Shown: positions 19,173 through 27,910 of the stretch, one piece after another
How the letters are laid out: the number at the start of each line of letters is the position of its first letter
How positions within the stretch are numbered: position 1 is the first letter of the stretch
Source of the DNA: an uncultured Acidobacteriota bacterium
Lineage (GTDB): Bacteria > Actinomycetota > Acidimicrobiia > Spongiisociales > ZC4RG35
Direction of reading: 5' to 3'
Length of the DNA stretch: 64,000 nt
Assembly: GCA_963828465.1 (NCBI GenBank)
Contig: CAWHEU010000024.1
Coordinates: forward strand, 1-64,000
The notes under the pieces: generated by a model
The model's database searches: none
What the model was told of the DNA's origin: nothing
What the model saw: only the letters and a program-made list of their open reading frames with translations
Position numbers and translations under genes: made by a program

Positions 19173-20423
19173 TCAGACCCGGGCCGGTTCCTTGTTCCGT
19201 GACTGGCGCCAGGCCGGGATGTAGAGGGGGGCGGCGGCGGCCAGGACGACAGCCCCGACATATGTGGCCGTGCTGAGCGAGGTCGCCTCGGCTAGGGCGG
19301 TGAGCGCGATCAAGCCCAACGCACCGGCAGACATGCCTGCCATCGAGTTGAGGGAGGAAACGGTGGCGCGAAACGTCCCATCGACCTGGCGATGGAGCAG
19401 GGTCATGTGGATCGGGTTGGAGGCGCCATGGAACAGGTATGCAGTCAGATAGGCCACGATCACGCCAGGCACCCCGGCCGCGAACCCGATCCCGACCACC
19501 GCTATCCCCTGGAGCACTCGAAGCATCATGGCCGCCGGGGCCAGGCCGACACGACGACCTAGCCAGGGCACCGTGGCTGCCCCTGCTGCCGACACCAGCC
19601 AGGCCGCCGAGGCGGCAGGGCCGGCGATCGCTGCCGCTCGGTCGGCGTCACCAAGGATCTCGGATAGACGCAGTGGGGTGAAAGTCTCGAAAGTGGCCAT
19701 GCCAAAGCCCCAGAACAGCTCGACCGAGACGATGGCGAGGAGGACCCGGTTGTCCCGCAGCAGTCGCAGCCCACCTCTGATGGCAGCAGGTGTCTCGCGA
19801 GCGGCACGTGTCGCCGCCTGCCACCCCTTCTCGGAACGGATCTCGGTCATCAGGAGGGCGACGCCGAGGAGGCCGATGAGCTGGAGGGCCAAAGACACGA
19901 CTACCGGAGTGGCGAGAGCCTCCAGCCCTGTGATCGGGTCGAGGGTGACGAGCAGCCCGCTGAGCAGGGCGCCGGCGGCGATGGCCACCCCAAGCGCAAC
20001 CCCGGCGCCACTCAGCCCTTGCTGGATCTGCGCCTCGGGATCGGCGGCGTGGGTCGCATCGACGTACCAGGCTTCCAGCGGCCCGCTGTCGAGGGCCCGG
20101 AACACACCCTGGAGTGCGAAGGCGACGAAGAAGGCGGCAAAGGAGTCGGCGAAGAGATAGATGCCGACCGAGGTCATCCCGACCAGAGTCGATGCCATCA
20201 GCACTTGCTTGCGACCCAGCGAGTCGGCCAGGCCGCCGGTGGGCAGCTCGAGGAAGAGGACGACGAGTCCCTGTCCGGCGGCGGCGAGCCCAATCTCGCT
20301 TAGGGAAAGGCCACGCTCCAACGGCAGCAGGACGAAAACGGGGATGAGGAGGCCGGTGGGGAACCACCGCATCGCCACGAGTGTCAGGTATCGCCGCCGC
20401 ACCGCCACGTGCGGACAGAGCAT
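19173..20423 (-). CDS. MFS transporter
   Basis: ELPTGGLADSLGRK motif and about 12 TM segments. Confidence 0.9.
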   Translation of the reverse strand: MLCPHVAVRRRYLTLVAMRWFPTGLLIPVFVLLPLERGLSLSEIGLAAAGQGLVVLFLELPTGGLADSLGRKQVLMASTLVGMTSVGIYLFADSFAAFFVAFALQGVFRALDSGPLEAWYVDATHAADPEAQIQQGLSGAGVALGVAIAAGALLSGLLVTLDPITGLEALATPVVVSLALQLIGLLGVALLMTEIRSEKGWQAATRAARETPAAIRGGLRLLRDNRVLLAIVSVELFWGFGMATFETFTPLRLSEILGDADRAAAIAGPAASAAWLVSAAGAATVPWLGRRVGLAPAAMMLRVLQGIAVVGIGFAAGVPGVIVAYLTAYLFHGASNPIHMTLLHRQVDGTFRATVSSLNSMAGMSAGALGLIALTALAEATSLSTATYVGAVVLAAAAPLYIPAWRQSRNKEPARV

Positions 20424-20426
20424 GGG

Positions 20427-20996
20427 TCATATCCGTCCGTCCGGCTGAGGGAAGGCAAAAGTGCAGAAGATGATCCGGGCAGGGTCAGGACCGGCTTCGA
20501 GTTTGCGATAGCGGTCGATCACCGAGGTCAGCTCTTTGCCGAGATCCCTAAGTTGGGACGCGGATAGCTCGAGGAGATAGTCGGAAGAGCCGGCCGCGTC
20601 CCGCCACTCGACCGGCCAGTCCCACTCCGATGCGAACCACTCCTCGGCGAACACCTGGAACCGGCGCAACGATTCGCCGTGCAACCATTCGGCGGCGGCG
20701 ATCCCGTCGGGGTCCTCGCTGAGATCGCTGGAGAACCAGGAGTGCATCTCGTGGGAGGGACGCCACCATCGCTCCCGTCCCTTGCCTTCGCCGGTCTCCT
20801 CGACCAAGCCGACCGCCGCCAGCTTTCGCAAGTGATAGCTGGTGGCTCCGGTGTTGGTGCCGAGGACATCAGCCAGAGTGGTGGCGGTCGCCGGCCCATT
20901 GAGCCGGAGTTCGCCGAGAAGACGGCTGCGGAGCGGATGGGCCAGGACCTTCAACGCATCCGGATCGAGTCGGGGATAGGGGGCGGTGGTTGTCAC
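20427..20996 (-). CDS. ArsR-like winged-helix transcription regulator
   Basis: LAHPLRSRLL and TSYHLRKL motifs; GTG 20996 lies 7 nt after a TATTGT -10 box (probably leaderless). Confidence 0.85.
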   Translation of the reverse strand: MTTTAPYPRLDPDALKVLAHPLRSRLLGELRLNGPATATTLADVLGTNTGATSYHLRKLAAVGLVEETGEGKGRERWWRPSHEMHSWFSSDLSEDPDGIAAAEWLHGESLRRFQVFAEEWFASEWDWPVEWRDAAGSSDYLLELSASQLRDLGKELTSVIDRYRKLEAGPDPARIIFCTFAFPQPDGRI

Positions 20997-21031
20997 AGTA
21001 TGCACAATAGTTGTGCAAAAGAAATGTGCAA
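20997..21031 (-). promoter_or_regulatory. Promoter/operator of the ArsR-MFS operon
   Basis: Perfect TGCACAA-TAG-TTGTGCA at 21001-21017; minus-strand TTGCAC-N16-TATTGT. Confidence 0.65.
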
Positions 21032-21040
21032 GTTCCCAAC

Positions 21041-21094
21041 CGGAACCTGAGGCTCCGGGTCACGTGTCCGTTACGGAGAACCTGAGGTTCGCCG
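21041..21094. repeat. Half-copy of the 35-bp-period AACCTGAGG element
   Basis: AACCTGAGGCT 21044 and AACCTGAGGTT 21079; 21074-21090 is the exact reverse complement of 2252-2268. Confidence 0.7.
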
Positions 21095-21096
21095 TT

Positions 21097-21687
21097 TCAG
21101 GTGGCCTCGATGACCAGGTCGAACGATTCCGGCGGCATCACCTTGCCGAAATACCACTGCTCCGCCTCATCCCAGCGGGCGTTCCATTCCTCCCGGTAAT
21201 CCTCGCCCTCACGCTCGATCAGCTGGGCCCTACGCAGCTCGGCCGGGGCATCCAGCAGCACCCGGAGGTCGAACAGGTCGGCGAGCTCGGGTCGAGCGCT
21301 GTATGCCCCGTCGAGGATGATCACCGGGGCCGGCTCACAAGTGATGGGTGTCGGCGACAGGCTGACATCGTCGTCCGCCTCCCAGTCGTAGGGGTGCCAG
21401 GTAGCGACCTCGCCCCTTGCCAGTTTCTCGAGCACCGGTCGCTGTCTTCTCCAGTCCATGCAGTGGTTCGCCTTCTCGGCTGCACTCATCGCATCCCAGG
21501 TCGCTGCGGTGCCACCCGAATAGAATTCGTCGCCATCGATCACGACGGCCCCCACCAACGGGGCCACCACCGCGGCCAGGGTCGACTTCCCTGCTGCACT
21601 CCGCCCGTCGAGGGCGACGAGGATCGGACCGGGCCGATCCCTCCCGATCCGCCGGATGTGGCCGGCCAGCTCCGCCGCCGCATCCAT
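21097..21687 (-). CDS. Uridine kinase-like P-loop protein
   Basis: LDGRSAAGKST Walker A, IDGDEFY and IILDGAYS motifs. Confidence 0.8.
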   Translation of the reverse strand: MDAAAELAGHIRRIGRDRPGPILVALDGRSAAGKSTLAAVVAPLVGAVVIDGDEFYSGGTAATWDAMSAAEKANHCMDWRRQRPVLEKLARGEVATWHPYDWEADDDVSLSPTPITCEPAPVIILDGAYSARPELADLFDLRVLLDAPAELRRAQLIEREGEDYREEWNARWDEAEQWYFGKVMPPESFDLVIEAT

Positions 21688-21693
21688 CGCTTG

Positions 21694-22095
21694 TCAGGGC
21701 AGGGGAACGATGGCGTCGATCTCGACCAGGTACTCGGGGCTGGCCAGCGACGACACCACCAGCAGCGTGTTGGCCGGCGCCGGGGCGGGGAAGAACCCCT
21801 TGCGGACCTCCCCCACGGGACCACGGTCCTCGAGCCGGGTCAGGTACAAGGTGGTTCGGGCAACGTCGGCCATCCGGCCACCGGCCGCCTCGATCACCCG
21901 TTGCAGATTGCTGAGAACCTGTCTCGCCTGGGCGGCGGCGTCGTCACCTCCGACGAGCTCTCCGTTCTCGTCGAGGGCGACCTGACCGGCGACGAACAGG
22001 AGACGTCCCGATGTGACGATCCCGTGGGAGTAGTGCCCGGCCGGTGCTGGATGTCCCGGCACCTCGACCACTGATCGTTCGAATGTTTCAGCCAT
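21694..22095 (-). CDS. RidA family protein
   Basis: YSHG, AGQVA, PANTL and LVEIDA motifs. Confidence 0.88.
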   Translation of the reverse strand: MAETFERSVVEVPGHPAPAGHYSHGIVTSGRLLFVAGQVALDENGELVGGDDAAAQARQVLSNLQRVIEAAGGRMADVARTTLYLTRLEDRGPVGEVRKGFFPAPAPANTLLVVSSLASPEYLVEIDAIVPLP

Positions 22096-22118
22096 CCGCC
22101 CAACCTATCAGTCCCCAC

Positions 22119-22167
22119 TTGACAGCCCGTTGCAGGATGCGGTACCGTAGTCAATCAATCGATTGAT
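22119..22167 (+). promoter_or_regulatory. Promoter and palindromic operator of the ArsR-SRPBCC-VOC operon
   Basis: TTGACA 22119, N18, TACCGT 22143; ATCAATCGATTGAT palindrome at 22154-22167. Confidence 0.6.
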
Positions 22168-22185
22168 AAAGGAAACAGTTGAATA

Positions 22186-22533
22186 ATGATCATCGATCCG
22201 TCGGCTGAGGATCGTCTCGATCGGGCTTTCGCCGCGCTGGCAGACCCGGTGCGGCGGCGAATAATCGCCAGGCTGAGTCGGGGACCGGCAACGGTGAACG
22301 AGCTCGCCGAGCCGTTCGAGATCACCAAGCAGGCGGTGTCGAAGCACATCCAGGTGTTGGAACAGGCCGGCTTGGTGACGCGGAGTCGTGATGCGCAGCG
22401 GCGTCCCGTGCACCTCGACCCCGTCCAGCTAGAGGCAATGACCGCCTGGATCGATCGATACCGGCTGCAGCACGAGGAGCAATACCGGCGTCTCGACGCC
22501 ATGCTCGACATGAAAAAGGAGAAACGAAAATGA
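22186..22533 (+). CDS. ArsR/SmtB family regulator
   Basis: FAALADPVRRRI and AVSKHIQVLE motifs. Confidence 0.9.
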   Translation: MIIDPSAEDRLDRAFAALADPVRRRIIARLSRGPATVNELAEPFEITKQAVSKHIQVLEQAGLVTRSRDAQRRPVHLDPVQLEAMTAWIDRYRLQHEEQYRRLDAMLDMKKEKRK

Positions 22534-23021
22534 CCAACCCACTACAGGTCAGCGCACCGGAAGGTCTGCCCTTCATCGACTTCGAGCGTGAGTTCGACGC
22601 CCCGGTCACCGCGGTGTTCCAGGCCCACAAAGAGCCCGATCTCGTCAAGCAGTGGATGGGACCGCGCGACTACGAGACGGATATCGAGATCTATGACTTC
22701 CGGACCGGGGGCCGCTGGCGCTTTGTCCAGCGAAACCAGCAGGGGGAGGAGTACGCGTTCAACGGGGTCTTCCACGTTGTCCGCGAGAACGAGTTCGCCA
22801 TCCAGACGTTCGAGTTCGAGATGTTCCCTGAGGCCGTGAGTATCGAGAGCATCACCTTCGAGGACTTGGGAGATGGGCGAACCCGCGTCCGCGGCCACGC
22901 CACCTATCCCTCACTCGAAGCAAGGGATGGCATGGTCAGCGGGGGAATGGAGGTAGGGATGAACGATGGGTATCAGCGTCTCGACGATCTGCTGGCCACG
23001 CTGATGGCCGAAACGAGCTGA
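22530..23021 (+). CDS. SRPBCC/AHSA1 family protein
   Basis: EREFDAP, DFRTGGRWR and GMNDGYQRLD motifs. Confidence 0.9.
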   Translation: MTNPLQVSAPEGLPFIDFEREFDAPVTAVFQAHKEPDLVKQWMGPRDYETDIEIYDFRTGGRWRFVQRNQQGEEYAFNGVFHVVRENEFAIQTFEFEMFPEAVSIESITFEDLGDGRTRVRGHATYPSLEARDGMVSGGMEVGMNDGYQRLDDLLATLMAETS

Positions 23022-23025
23022 CGAC

Positions 23026-23466
23026 ATGGACTGGACATTGGAAGTGGTGCTGCTCCCTGTGAGCGACATCGATCGGGCTATCGAGTTCTACCGGGAAAAG
23101 GTCGGATTCGATCTCGACCACGACACGAGGACCGATCAGATGCATGTGGTGCAGCTGACTCCACCGGGGTCGGGCTGCTCGATCGTCCTCGGTGATCTCG
23201 ATGCACATCGTGAGATGCCCCCGGGCTCGATGCGAGGCCTCCAATTGGTCGTGGCCGACGCGGAGGCGGCCCGTCAGGAGCTCATCGATCGGGGGGTGGA
23301 GGCGAGCGAGATCATTGTCTTCGATGACAGGGACGGGGGGACCTTCTTCGGGTTCGCCGACCCCGATGGGAATACCTGGTCGGTCCAGCAGATCAAGGCT
23401 CGGGCCGAGAAGCCGCTGATCCCGCATGATGCGAGAAGCCGTTTCGGGGAGGGGATGGCACTCTGA
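23026..23466 (+). CDS. VOC/glyoxalase family protein
   Basis: PVSDIDRAIEFY, QLTPPGSGCSI and FADPDGNTW motifs. Confidence 0.9.
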   Translation: MDWTLEVVLLPVSDIDRAIEFYREKVGFDLDHDTRTDQMHVVQLTPPGSGCSIVLGDLDAHREMPPGSMRGLQLVVADAEAARQELIDRGVEASEIIVFDDRDGGTFFGFADPDGNTWSVQQIKARAEKPLIPHDARSRFGEGMAL

Positions 23467-23482
23467 CGCGTATCCTCGGCTG

Positions 23483-23773
23483 ATGGCTGCCGACCTGATT
23501 CTCCAACTGGTAAACGATCCATGGACGTGGGGACGCGGGTTCGCCATGCGCTGGATCGCCTGGTTTCTGTTCATGGCGTTCCTCGCCCTGTTGGCTCTGG
23601 GAGTTGCGTTGCTGTGGCGACGCGGCGGTGGCGACACCAAGGTCGCCGCCTCCTCCGGGGATGAGGCTCTGGACGCGATCCGTCTTCGCTACGCCCACGG
23701 TGAGATGACCCGAGAGGAGTTTCTCCAGGTCAACAAGGACCTGGGCGGCCCCGAGCCACCTCCGGCGGAATAG
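23483..23773 (+). CDS. SHOCT domain membrane protein
   Basis: One TM helix followed by ALDAIRLRYAHGEMTREEF. Confidence 0.8.
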   Translation: MAADLILQLVNDPWTWGRGFAMRWIAWFLFMAFLALLALGVALLWRRGGGDTKVAASSGDEALDAIRLRYAHGEMTREEFLQVNKDLGGPEPPPAE

Positions 23774-24301
23774 ATGAGCGTCGGGCGGATCGCCGGGATC
23801 GTCGTGCTGTTGGCCGCTGCCGGTCTTGGTGTGGCCTTTGCCCTGGGGGCCTTCGGGGAGGAGACGCCACCGACGACCACTTCAGCCGCGATCGGAGCCA
23901 CGAGTGTGGCCCCCTCCGTCTCATTGGCATCGACCACCCTGGCTCCCGCGACCAGTGCAGGCAACGACCCGCTTTGTGTCGCCCACGAGCAGATGGTGTC
24001 GGCCACCGACGGTCATCTCCCGGTGGAAGGGCCCGACGATCTGGAGATCGTTCGCACGGCGTCCCTCGCCTTCTACACGGAGGCGGTCGAACTGGTCGAC
24101 GAGGCGTCGCAAGGAGCCTTTGCCGAGTTCCTGCTCTACGAGCAGGCTATTTACGACTTCTACGAGGCCTACGAGTGGAATCCGTCGCCGCCACTCGAGG
24201 AGCTCGTCGATAACCCTCCACCGACAGCACCCGCCACCGCCACCCAGACGGTGATTCAGGTTCTCGAGGACCAATGCGGTGTGGTTGTTGTAACGGAGTG
24301 A
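23774..24301 (+). CDS. Hypothetical exported protein
   Basis: N-terminal hydrophobic helix, Thr/Ala linker, two Cys. Confidence 0.65.
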   Translation: MSVGRIAGIVVLLAAAGLGVAFALGAFGEETPPTTTSAAIGATSVAPSVSLASTTLAPATSAGNDPLCVAHEQMVSATDGHLPVEGPDDLEIVRTASLAFYTEAVELVDEASQGAFAEFLLYEQAIYDFYEAYEWNPSPPLEELVDNPPPTAPATATQTVIQVLEDQCGVVVVTE

Positions 24302-24318
24302 CTTACGTGAATTGCTGC

Positions 24319-24897
24319 TCACCCAAGGGCGGACAAGAAGACGAGCACGCGATCCGTCATCAGCATGGCCGCGGTCCTGTCATAGGTTGGCAGGGAGGAG
24401 TCGCCGAATAGGTGCACCTCACCGGGGTAGAGGAACAACTCTGCCTGGTCAGTGGAGTCGACGAGGGCCCGCGCCGCATCGAGATCGCCGCCGCCCGCGA
24501 ATTCTGGGTCGGCGTCCATCCCATGAATCTGAACCGGCACACCGTCGGGCCATTGGTCGCCGAACTCGGTGACCGGGAGGCAGGAGTCGAAGAACAGCGC
24601 CCCCCGAGCCCCCTCTCGGGTCTGAGCGAGCTTCTGGGCCGGCATCACTCCCATCGAGAAACCCGCGTAGACCAGATCGGATCCCAGCTTCTCCGCCTCG
24701 GTGACGCCGCGGTCGAGGATGGTGTCGAATCCGATAGTCCTGGCATAGGCCATGCCCTCCTCGATGGTGGGGAAGGTCTGGGCGTCGAACAGGTCGGGGG
24801 TGTGAACGATGTGGCCGGCAGAACGCAGCCGGTCGGCGAAATCTCCGATCCCGGGGGTGAGACCCATTACATGGTGGAACAACACGATTTCGGCCAT
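24319..24897 (-). CDS. Dienelactone hydrolase family protein
   Basis: LFHH..GLTPG, GFSMG nucleophile elbow and YPG..HLF motifs; RBS AGGAGGAA. Confidence 0.88.
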   Translation of the reverse strand: MAEIVLFHHVMGLTPGIGDFADRLRSAGHIVHTPDLFDAQTFPTIEEGMAYARTIGFDTILDRGVTEAEKLGSDLVYAGFSMGVMPAQKLAQTREGARGALFFDSCLPVTEFGDQWPDGVPVQIHGMDADPEFAGGGDLDAARALVDSTDQAELFLYPGEVHLFGDSSLPTYDRTAAMLMTDRVLVFLSALG

Positions 24898-24916
24898 GGT
24901 CTTCCTCCTGGTTGCC

Positions 24917-24940
24917 ATTGATCCAAAATATTGGAACAAT
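24917..24940. promoter_or_regulatory. Palindromic operator between divergent hydrolase and regulator
   Basis: ATTGATCCAAAATATTGGAACAAT, a near-perfect AT-rich palindrome. Confidence 0.6.
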
Positions 24941-24963
24941 CGGGAACGTTAGTCTGGACGGTC

Positions 24964-25536
24964 ATGGCAAGCAACCCCGTCGTACCCGATTACGAATTGG
25001 CGGACACCATCGAGCTCACTGACCCGACCCAGGTGCAGGCCATCGGCAACCAACTCCGTACGACGATCCTCGGCCTGCTGCACGAGCGGGCCGCCACCGT
25101 GACCGAGATCGCCAGCGCCGTTGGCCGGCCGAAGAGCACGGTGGCATACCACGTCGACGTCCTGCACGGGGCCGGGTTGGTCCGTGTTGTTAAGACGCGT
25201 CGGGTGCGAGCCATCGAAGAGCGTTATTACGGGCGGACGGCCCGGATGTTCTACGTCGGGGTGGGGAAGGGCTCGGGCGATGCGGCGATGCCGTTGGACT
25301 TCAACGACTTCGATGTCGCCGCCCAAGAGTCACAGGAGGCTTATCAGGCCCACCGGTTGTGGTCGTTCATCCGACATGCCCGGATTCCGCCCGAGCGTGT
25401 ATCCGGGTTTTGGACAGAGGTCATGTCGTTGGTGCAGGATTTCGACCTGATTCCCCGTTCGGGGGACACCGCCTACGGGTTCGTAGTCGGTATCTACCCG
25501 ATCCCGGATTACCCGATGCTGCCCGAGCCGGAATGA
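24964..25536 (+). CDS. ArsR-like winged-helix regulator
   Basis: LRTTILGLL, KSTVAYHV and ERYYGRTAR motifs. Confidence 0.85.
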   Translation: MASNPVVPDYELADTIELTDPTQVQAIGNQLRTTILGLLHERAATVTEIASAVGRPKSTVAYHVDVLHGAGLVRVVKTRRVRAIEERYYGRTARMFYVGVGKGSGDAAMPLDFNDFDVAAQESQEAYQAHRLWSFIRHARIPPERVSGFWTEVMSLVQDFDLIPRSGDTAYGFVVGIYPIPDYPMLPEPE

Positions 25537-26207
25537 CGCTCACGGGCAGACGTTTGCGAACCCCCCGTGCTGCGGCGGTGGCAGGCATCGCGTTCGCGCT
25601 ACTCCTGGGCACCTCCTACACCCTGATCCGCCTCTCCATACCGCTCGATCCCGAAGAGAGCGAATGGCTCGCCGAAAACGCCGGCACTGTGAGGGTGGCG
25701 TTGGGCCTCATCCCCTTCGCCGGAATCGCCTTCCTTTGGTTCATGGGTGTCGTTCGAGACCGCATCGGTGACTACGAGGACCGCTTCTTCTCGACCGTGT
25801 TCTTCGGAAGCGGCCTCCTATTTCTGGCGATGGTCTTCGTTTCGGCTGCGGCGGCGGGATCGTTGCTGGTCGCTCACGCCGAGTTCCCGGACCAGATCTT
25901 CGACAGCGGGATCTACAGCTTCGGCCGTGACCTCACCAATCGGGTAAGCAGCATCTACTCGATGCGAATGGCCGCGGTCTTCATGTTGTCTCTGGCGACC
26001 ATCGGAACCAGAACGAGGACGATGCCGCTGTGGCTGAACATCGCCACCTACGTCCTCGCACTCGTCCTTCTCTTCGTGATCAATGTCAACCTCTGGGTCT
26101 TCCTCGTTTTCCCGGCATGGGTCCTGATGATCTCCGTGTACTTCCTCATCGTCGGTGGGCGCGCCGGTGTGAGCGGCACATCGCCTGGGCCGGGGAACGG
26201 GAGTTGA
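25533..26207 (+). CDS. Hypothetical membrane protein
   Basis: TPRAAAVAGI and PFAGIAFLWFMGVVRD motifs; about 6 TM segments. Confidence 0.75.
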   Translation: MTLTGRRLRTPRAAAVAGIAFALLLGTSYTLIRLSIPLDPEESEWLAENAGTVRVALGLIPFAGIAFLWFMGVVRDRIGDYEDRFFSTVFFGSGLLFLAMVFVSAAAAGSLLVAHAEFPDQIFDSGIYSFGRDLTNRVSSIYSMRMAAVFMLSLATIGTRTRTMPLWLNIATYVLALVLLFVINVNLWVFLVFPAWVLMISVYFLIVGGRAGVSGTSPGPGNGS

Positions 26208-26212
26208 ACCGC

Positions 26213-26608
26213 CTACTGACGACTATCGAATGGTGGTCGTTGTTTCCGAAACGCGTTCTTGATGAGGATCTTCCCGTCGCGCACGGTCAGGAAGTCACAA
26301 CCGTTGACTTCTAACCGGCGTCCATCGGCCATCGTGCCGGTCAGGGTCCACTCGGATACCCCGTAGTCGGGAGCGATGCCGTGGTGACGCCCATTGCCCC
26401 AATTGGCGTCGGGCATGGATTCGAAGACATCAGCAAACGCCTGCCTCACCTCGGTGCGCCCCTGATACCGCGTTCCGCAGACCTCATCTCCCCCCGAGGA
26501 CTCGAACACGCAATCGTCGTCGAAGAGATCCATCAGTCCATCGAGGTCGTGGCGGTTCCAGGCCTCGGTGTGTTTGATGAGAAGTTCCAGCAAGTCCGGG
26601 TCTGTCAA
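26213..26608 (-). CDS. SnoaL/NTF2-like protein
   Basis: AWNRHDLDGLM, SEWTLTGT and GCDFLTVRDGKI motifs; TTG start after AGAGGAG. Confidence 0.85.
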   Translation of the reverse strand: MTDPDLLELLIKHTEAWNRHDLDGLMDLFDDDCVFESSGGDEVCGTRYQGRTEVRQAFADVFESMPDANWGNGRHHGIAPDYGVSEWTLTGTMADGRRLEVNGCDFLTVRDGKILIKNAFRKQRPPFDSRQ

Positions 26609-26655
26609 CGCAACTCCTCTCTGAAGACTCTGATCATCGCAGCGCCGATCGTGCG

Positions 26656-27870
26656 TCACTGCCCGCCATCCGCTCGCCGAGCCGTGTGGAGCGAAACCGC
26701 GCCGGCCACGCCTTTCAGCTCGACAGGTCCGATCTCGTCGAACCTCAGCTGGGTTCCCGAAGCGGCGTCGACGACCTCCTGGCTCACCAGCACCTCCCCA
26801 GGCCGTGCGTAATCGGAGATCCTCGCCGCGACGTTCACGGTCCGGCCAAAGTAGTCACCCTCCTGGAAGACCACGGGTCCGGCGTGGATTCCGACGCGTG
26901 CGGGCGGAAGTTCATGGGCCACGGCAACCTCCACCATGTCGAAGGCGGCCAGGACGCTGTGGGTCGGGTCGGAGAAATAGAACATCACGCCATCGCCCAG
27001 CCACTTGACCGACTCGCCACCGTGCTCCAGCGCCGACCGCCGGACCAGTGCCCTCAGCTCTGCGGCCAGGTCTGCCGCCGCCGCATCCCCCTGCTCTTCG
27101 GTCAGCCTGGTGTATCCGGTGAGGTCGAGGAAGCTGACTGCCGGCGGGCCATGAAGCCGGCTGTGGAGGCCTGCTTTCTCCAGGGCGTCTTCGGTTCGCT
27201 CCACGGCACTCCTGGTCCACACCCGTTCTTGCTGTCCGTGGTAGATGGCGACTAGAGCCTGCTCGACGAGCGGCGCCATCCTCGATCCGAACTCGCCCTG
27301 AGCCTCCAACATCTCGGCCTCGACCATGCCCCCCTCGAGCAGCGGCGATACGACCTCGGAGCCGTACCAGTCGGTCTCGGTCTCGGCGATGCGGCGAAGA
27401 CTCTCCTCGTAGACCCTCAGCCACCTCTCTATGACCACCCGCCGGAAACCGCTGGAAAGCTGAAGCTCGACAGCGGCTACCACCGCCAGCTCTTCCTCGC
27501 GGACGTAGTCCTCTGGCCGCGGCTCCGGATGGCCAAACGCCTCCCGGACGACAGCAAGGAGTTCGAGCGGAATGCCCCGCGTATTGCTCAGCTCCTCGAA
27601 GGTGGTGTTGCTGAGCCCGGCGAACCGATCGAACGCACTTTCGTCCAGAAAGGAGAAGGAGAGGGTCCCGTCACGGACTGCCTCGGCCATGTCCTCGAGG
27701 GGCACGCCGGCACGTTCGAAATTGTGAATCCAACGCGCCCTGCGTACGTCACCCGACGAGAAAGCGTCATCGACCAGGGGTGCCAACATCCCGAGCTCGA
27801 CCAATTGGTCGACATAGGAGGAAGCAACCCCGGCCTGATGGGCCACCTCATGGCGCGAATGCCCGGTCAC
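26656..27870 (-). CDS. Class III adenylate cyclase with N-terminal regulatory region
   Basis: FLDLTGYT, KWLGDG and DYFGRTVNVAAR give the full catalytic set. Confidence 0.9.
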   Translation of the reverse strand: MTGHSRHEVAHQAGVASSYVDQLVELGMLAPLVDDAFSSGDVRRARWIHNFERAGVPLEDMAEAVRDGTLSFSFLDESAFDRFAGLSNTTFEELSNTRGIPLELLAVVREAFGHPEPRPEDYVREEELAVVAAVELQLSSGFRRVVIERWLRVYEESLRRIAETETDWYGSEVVSPLLEGGMVEAEMLEAQGEFGSRMAPLVEQALVAIYHGQQERVWTRSAVERTEDALEKAGLHSRLHGPPAVSFLDLTGYTRLTEEQGDAAAADLAAELRALVRRSALEHGGESVKWLGDGVMFYFSDPTHSVLAAFDMVEVAVAHELPPARVGIHAGPVVFQEGDYFGRTVNVAARISDYARPGEVLVSQEVVDAASGTQLRFDEIGPVELKGVAGAVSLHTARRADGGQ

Positions 27871-27910
27871 GAGTCGGACCGTAACTGGAGTGGTTCGGCG
27901 ATGGGATCGA

